Source: Basidiobolus meristosporus CBS 931.73
Lineage: Eukaryota > Fungi > Basidiobolomycota
Reading direction: 5' to 3'
DNA: 41,634 bases
NCBI GenBank assembly: GCA_002104905.1
Contig: MCFE01000732.1
Coordinates: forward strand, 1-41,634
The translations under genes were made by a program, and so were the position numbers. This document shows positions 37,237-41,634 of this stretch, in pieces (position 1 is the first letter of the stretch; each line of letters begins with the position of its first letter). The notes under the pieces were generated by a model. It was not told where the DNA came from, did not search any database, and saw only the letters and a program-made list of their open reading frames with translations.

Positions 37237-40005
37237 CTACTGTTGTAGCTTTGATACAAGAGTGTGTAGCTGAGGGGAATTTGTAGGTAAGTTAATAAGA
37301 AGTGATGATAGTTCTTCAGTGCTCAAGACACTGTTCAGTGGGAAGGGGGGTAGCAAGAGAGGTAAGAATGACTTGTGAACAACATTAATGAGGGGAATGT
37401 GATAAGGATTGATATTCATCATAAAGGGAGTGTGCTGCTGCAGATATTGCTGCCAAAGGTCTGTCAAGTACTTCAGGTAGGCCAGCTTGGGTTTTTCTGA
37501 CTGCAGAATAAATTCAGCAAACTTCTTGACTTCAGGATCTCCAAGTATAGTTCTCCAGCAGGAGCCAGGTGTTGTGTGGTGTGTTCTCTTCCAGGCCTTA
37601 ATCAGTGGGTTGTTGCAGTTGTGAAGTCTGAGGTATAATCTGGTTCTAAGGTAGAGAAGTCTGATCTTATAGGGCATAAACCCAAAAGCACCAAGAATAG
37701 CATGTCTGTAGGGGCATTCAGGCAAATGAGGCACCAAGGAGGTAATGCACCATACTGCAAACTTGTCAAGCTTAGTGCAGTCTCTAGAAGTAAGAGAGAG
37801 AAGTGGTAAGCCAAATTCCAGGACAGGGAAAACAAACTGCTTGAGTAGAAGGAGGCAGCTTGGAGCTGAAGTTGTAGGAGGAGTAACAGCCAGTAGCTTG
37901 TGGAGTGCCTGTCTTGCCAGGATAATTCTCTTCTTCAGGTGTGCTCCAGAGTCTAGTCCAGTAGGAAGGAAAGGAAAGCCAAGATATGTAGCAGAAACCT
38001 GAGCAGGTAGAGTGGAGTTCTCCAAGTTGATGGGAGAGCCCAAAGGTACTGTCTTTGCAATGGAAAGCTGGAGATTATTCTTCTGCAGATACTGGTGGAT
38101 GGTCTGGGAGTCTTGTTGCACATTGGAGGAGGATATTCTGATGTCATCAGCAAAGAGAGTAACCAGGCAGTCAGCTGAGAGTCTTGGGAAATCATTCAGG
38201 AAGATGGCAAACAGTATAGGACCAAGCACAGAGCCTTGAACCACTCCATTAGGAACTGAGAACACAGCTGATTGCTCACTTGGGTGCAGAATTCTTGCTT
38301 GTGGATCCAGAAACAGAGACCTGACAAGGAGGGTGAGAGAGGTACTGGAGAAGCATTGCAACTTGGACCAAAGCAGATTTCTGTCAACTGAATCAAAGGC
38401 CTTAGTAATATCAAACAGAACAGAGGGATACTTGCACTGGAGAGAGTGATCTTGGCTAAGTATGACTGCATATTCCAAGGAGAGGCCAGGAACAAAGCCA
38501 AACTGTGCAGGATGAAACTTGAGGGAGTCAGAGTAGAGCTCCTGAGCAAGCAGAAGCTCAAACACCTTTCTGCAGGTGGGCAGCAGAGATATTGGCCTGT
38601 AGAAGCTAGGATCCAGGTGCTTTCCTTTACCCTTGTACAGTGGCAGAACATTTGCAAAGGACCATTCCTCAGGAGTAGAAAGCTGGGCTGAGCATTGCTG
38701 AAACAGTGGAAGCAGAAGTGCAGACATGGCCTTGGTACTAGTCTTCAGAAGCTCATAGGAGATTGTGTCCACACCTGGAGCAGTAGAGTTGGGAAGCCTC
38801 TTGAGCACATTATGGATTCTCCTTTGATCAAGTGCAAGTGGGATGGGCAGAGTCTTGAAGTCAGGATGAAAGCCAGGAGTTGAGTACTGCTTTGTAGAGA
38901 AGAAGATGTTAGCCAGCTGTTCTGTTGAAGGTAACTTCCTGGAAGAGGGCCTCATTGCCCTGTAGAGTCTTGATACTGTTCTTGTTATAGAGTTGGAAGA
39001 TTGCAGAGGCAAAGAACTCATAATATGATCCCAGAGCTGAGTATGCAGAGTGTGGTGAATTGCCTGGGAGTGGTGTATTGCTGTCAGGAGGAGTTTCTCT
39101 GTTTTTGGGTTAGGGAAACTCAGGTAGCTTTGTTGCAGGGCTGAAACAATGGATTCCCATTTTCTTGAGGTAACAGCAGTAGTCTTGCATGGCAGTGAGA
39201 GGGAGGCAGACACCAGAATCAGATGCTTCACAAAGAGCCAGGCATAGTTGAGATCATCTGGCAGAGAAAGTAGCAAACTGGCAAGCTTCAAGTAGTTCCC
39301 AAAGTCTTTCTTCTGATTCTTGGTAGCTTTGTGGGTGAGCACAGTAAGTTTTGGCAGCTTCTTCTTCACAACTGGTTGCATAGAAAGGGACCAGGCTGGG
39401 TGGTCAGAGGCTCTCAAGGATCCTAACTCAGCTCCAGAGAATTGCTTAACTTCATTCACAAAGTAGAGGGCAGCAGCAGAAGGGCAGATCCAGTCAACAC
39501 ATCTTTTCTCAGATTGAGCACCTAGTGATAGCAGGTGGCTTTCTCTCAGGAAGTTCAGTAGGAATGTAGACCTTGGCTTCATTCTTGCAGTCAGAGTAGT
39601 CTTGTTCTCAGGATGGGGAATGTTGAGATCTCCAAGCAAGATAACAGGTGTTGATATAGATTGCTGGTATTGCTGAACCTTCTGGCATATAACTTGCACT
39701 TCCTGAAGGGCAAGACTTGGAGGCAGATAGCAGAGCACAAGACTGATAGTTGGCAACTGGAGAGCAGCACAGTAAGGGGAGTAAAGAGGAACACAGAGCT
39801 GAGGAGTATTGATGGTAGAAGAGATGAAGCAGATAGAGAAGGTATTCTTTGTTCTAGGAGTAGAAAAGCAATATAGATTAGTCAAAAGTATAGAAGGTAG
39901 CTGAACATCAATCAAACACAGGAGGGAAAATCTTGAAAGAAGTCTCTCTAGAGTTGGTCTTGATGGCTGTATGCTGTTGCAGTTAAGCAACAGAACTTCA
40001 GGTAG
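37237..40005 (-). CDS. ORF2: APE-like endonuclease plus non-LTR reverse transcriptase; no AUG at its start
   Basis: APE motifs LLLNCNSI, YLPP, GDLN, VDWI and SDH. RT motifs APGVDTISYELLK, YRPISLL, QFGF, FDITKAFDSV, GVVQGSVLGPILFAIFLND, LFADD and YLGF. No C-terminal CCHC knuckle or RNase H was recognised. Confidence 0.95.
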   Translation of the reverse strand, partial: LPEVLLLNCNSIQPSRPTLERLLSRFSLLCLIDVQLPSILLTNLYCFSTPRTKNTFSICFISSTINTPQLCVPLYSPYCAALQLPTISLVLCYLPPSLALQEVQVICQKVQQYQQSISTPVILLGDLNIPHPENKTTLTARMKPRSTFLLNFLRESHLLSLGAQSEKRCVDWICPSAAALYFVNEVKQFSGAELGSLRASDHPAWSLSMQPVVKKKLPKLTVLTHKATKNQKKDFGNYLKLASLLLSLPDDLNYAWLFVKHLILVSASLSLPCKTTAVTSRKWESIVSALQQSYLSFPNPKTEKLLLTAIHHSQAIHHTLHTQLWDHIMSSLPLQSSNSITRTVSRLYRAMRPSSRKLPSTEQLANIFFSTKQYSTPGFHPDFKTLPIPLALDQRRIHNVLKRLPNSTAPGVDTISYELLKTSTKAMSALLLPLFQQCSAQLSTPEEWSFANVLPLYKGKGKHLDPSFYRPISLLPTCRKVFELLLAQELYSDSLKFHPAQFGFVPGLSLEYAVILSQDHSLQCKYPSVLFDITKAFDSVDRNLLWSKLQCFSSTSLTLLVRSLFLDPQARILHPSEQSAVFSVPNGVVQGSVLGPILFAIFLNDFPRLSADCLVTLFADDIRISSSNVQQDSQTIHQYLQKNNLQLSIAKTVPLGSPINLENSTLPAQVSATYLGFPFLPTGLDSGAHLKKRIILARQALHKLLAVTPPTTSAPSCLLLLKQFVFPVLEFGLPLLSLTSRDCTKLDKFAVWCITSLVPHLPECPYRHAILGAFGFMPYKIRLLYLRTRLYLRLHNCNNPLIKAWKRTHHTTPGSCWRTILGDPEVKKFAEFILQSEKPKLAYLKYLTDLWQQYLQQHTPFMMNINPYHIPLINVVHKSFLPLLLPPFPLNSVLSTEELSSLLINLPTNSPQLHTLVSKLQQ

Positions 40006-40008
40006 TCA
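39974..40008 (-). other. Candidate stop-codon readthrough signal: UGA-CUA, 12-nt spacer, 7-bp stem-loop CUGUUGC-UUAACU-GCAACAG
   Basis: The minus strand reads GCC TGA CTA CCT GAA GTT CTG TTG CTT AAC TGC AAC AGC. ORF1 and ORF2 are in the same frame. Confidence 0.6.
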
Positions 40009-41448
40009 GGCAGAGGTTGTAGCTTCTTCAGAGGCAGCATTGATAATGTGACCTGCAGAGTCCCAGAGCTCTTCAAATGGTGCATCACTTAAGTCAGCAA
40101 GGAGGGAAATGGCATGATTCTTGAGGAAGTATGCCACATCATAGGAGGGGGCTTGTCTCTTGATGGCAGCAAAGAAAGACAGAATGGCAACATGGGCTGG
40201 AGGCTTGTTGAACAGTAGAGAGTCAGAGGATTCAGATTCTTCAGGCACTATCTTGAAGTCAGTTTTCAGCCAGTTAAGGTTCTTCTCCACAAAGGCAACA
40301 AATGGGTCAGCAATGTTTTGGTCTAGGATAACCTCCAGAATCTTCCCTTTTCTCCAGGCCAGGTTGACAATTCTTGAGAGCTGAATATTGCATGCCTTGA
40401 GTGCTTTCCTGATGTTGGAAATGGGAGTCCAGGGAACTTGCTTCAAGTACACCACAGTCCAGGTAGAAGCTTGTGGTAGGTTTGCTGGGGGCTTGTAAGT
40501 CCTTCTGTGTTGCAATGGAGCTGCAGTAGTCAGATTGGAGTCCACATTCTCAGTAGAAGGTTTTCTTGATGTGTCTTGCTGAATAGTACTGGAGCTGGAT
40601 GTGCTGATAATTCTTGCTAGAACCTTGCCTGCATAGGTCTGAGGTATAGCTGAGGTGACTGTAGAGGTGTTGGCAGCTGGTGCAGGTGGAGAGGCAGAAA
40701 CTGAAGCAGGAACTGAGGTCACCTGGGAGAAGGTAGTGGAAGCAGGTTTTCTGGGAGGAACAGAGTTCACTATCCAGTAGTTCTGTAAAACACTGGAGTA
40801 GCTTTTCTGTGGAACAGGATCTTGCTCTTGAACAGGAACAGAAGCAGGAGGCTGGGGCTGAGCAGTAGTGGTAAGGCAGTGGCACTCCAAGGAAGCTTTT
40901 TGCAAGGCATCTCTGGCAGTTTTCAGGGCAGTATTGGCTTCATTCTTGAGCTTCTTGCATTGAGCATCCAGTCTCTTGTTTTCAATAGCCAGGGCAGTAT
41001 TGGCAGCCTCTAAATCAGCAATTCTCTTCTCAACTGCAAGGAATCTCTGAAGAAATGCATCAGTAGAAATGCTGGCATCTGGAAGAGCAGTGGCAGGAAT
41101 AGAGTCCATTGACAGTGGGCTTCTTGGAGGCAAGGAAAGTGGACTGGCAGATTCAGGCACAAAAGGAGATATCCTGGCAGGAGGAGAAGGAGTATCCAAG
41201 GCAGTAACAGAGGCAATTCTTGTTGGTGAAGCAGCAGCAGGGGAGGCAAGCCTGTTCAGAAACTGGGTAGGAGAGAGTGCTTGAGGAGAGGGAGTCTTCA
41301 GCTTGGCAAGCATGTCTTCCATCAGAGTGATACCAATATTCCTGGTGCATTTGCAGAGAAAAGTAAGCTTCCTGAGTCTGCCAGCTCTTCCATTCCTTCT
41401 GATAGTTCCTTTGTTTCCACAGTTGGGCAAGAAATCTTCTTGACAGAC
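40006..41448 (-). CDS. ORF1 (gag-like): Cys-containing N-terminus, coiled coil, Pro/Ser/Thr-rich linker and a C-terminal RRM-like domain; frame is open right up to the telomere
   Basis: The frame runs from GTC at 41448 (VCQEDFLPNCGNKG...FLCKC) to TGA at 40006-40008. Coiled coil FLAVEKRIADLEAANTALAIENKRL. The first in-frame ATG is at 41322. Confidence 0.85.
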   Translation of the reverse strand, partial: VCQEDFLPNCGNKGTIRRNGRAGRLRKLTFLCKCTRNIGITLMEDMLAKLKTPSPQALSPTQFLNRLASPAAASPTRIASVTALDTPSPPARISPFVPESASPLSLPPRSPLSMDSIPATALPDASISTDAFLQRFLAVEKRIADLEAANTALAIENKRLDAQCKKLKNEANTALKTARDALQKASLECHCLTTTAQPQPPASVPVQEQDPVPQKSYSSVLQNYWIVNSVPPRKPASTTFSQVTSVPASVSASPPAPAANTSTVTSAIPQTYAGKVLARIISTSSSSTIQQDTSRKPSTENVDSNLTTAAPLQHRRTYKPPANLPQASTWTVVYLKQVPWTPISNIRKALKACNIQLSRIVNLAWRKGKILEVILDQNIADPFVAFVEKNLNWLKTDFKIVPEESESSDSLLFNKPPAHVAILSFFAAIKRQAPSYDVAYFLKNHAISLLADLSDAPFEELWDSAGHIINAASEEATTSA

Positions 41449-41634
41449 TTAGGGTTAGGGTTAGGGTTAGGGTTAGGGTTAGGGTTAGGTTAGGGTTAGG
41501 GTTAGGGTTAGGGTTAGGGTTAGGGTTAGGGTTAGGGTTAGGGTTAGGGTTAGGGTTAGGGTTAGGGTTAGGGTTAGGGTTAGGGTTAGGGTTAGGGTTA
41601 GGGTTAGGGTTAGGGTTAGGGTTAGGGTTAGGGT
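41449..41634 (+). repeat. Telomere (TTAGGG)n: about 30 perfect units plus one TTAGG variant at 41485-41489
   Basis: Direct reading. It runs to the end of the window in the G-rich 5'->3' outward polarity expected at a chromosome end. Confidence 0.99.

Larger units (their letters stand above)
37176..41448 (-). mobile_element. Telomere-attached non-LTR retrotransposon (ORF1 + APE-RT ORF2), 5' end fused to the telomere tract
   Basis: It has a LINE-type RT, an APE-type endonuclease, a gag-like ORF1 and a short 3' UTR ending in C9-TAA-CCC-TAA-CCC. It is flanked on both sides by TTAGGG repeats. Confidence 0.95.

Noticed and set aside
39107-39115. GGGTTAGGG inside ORF2
   Set aside because: It encodes F-P-N-P in an uninterrupted frame; 9 bp is compatible with chance and there is no junction.
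37237-39990. Interpretation as a Penelope-like (Athena/Coprina) or telomerase RT
   Set aside because: The RT motifs (PGxD, YRPISLL, QxGF, QGSVLGP, FADD) and the N-terminal APE domain are those of LINE-type non-LTR elements.
37237-41448. RIP as the cause of the skewed composition
   Set aside because: CpA/TpG remain abundant, the sequence is not AT-rich or TpA-rich, and the ORFs are intact; only CpG is missing.
1-41634. tRNA, rRNA or CRISPR arrays
   Set aside because: No T-loop/cloverleaf, rRNA or repeat-spacer pattern was seen by eye. tRNAscan-SE/Infernal were not run, so small ncRNAs cannot be excluded.

Overview
This is the last ~41.6 kb of a chromosome arm of an intron-containing fungus. 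It ends in a (TTAGGG)n telomere at 41449-41634. The gene content suggests an early-diverging lineage (Zoopagomycota/Mucoromycota-like), which is an inference. Left part (core genes): ribose-phosphate pyrophosphokinase, a Num1/ApsA-like cortical protein, a C-terminal J-domain protein, a Ste11-type MAPKKK and Ykt6. Middle and right part (accessory subtelomeric genes): a secreted amidase-signature protein lacking its catalytic Lys, a DHA1-type MFS transporter, a Gti1/Pac2 regulator, a secreted GH9 and a secreted AA11-like LPMO fused to a CBM5/12 domain. The most striking feature is the final 5 kb, a head-to-tail array of telomere-attached non-LTR retrotransposons with 5' ends facing the telomere. 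The near-complete distal copy has several unusual properties: (i) it is joined directly to the telomere tract; (ii) ORF1 and the APE-RT ORF2 are in one frame, separated only by UGA-CUA plus a 3' stem-loop and with no ORF2 AUG, suggesting programmed readthrough; (iii) it has no CpG in ~4.2 kb by manual scan; (iv) it ends in a conserved hairpin plus a C-rich/CCCTAA tail rather than poly(A). It sits on a short fossil telomere tract that caps a 5'-truncated, divergent sister element. All calls come from reading the sequence by eye; no database searches or programs were run.
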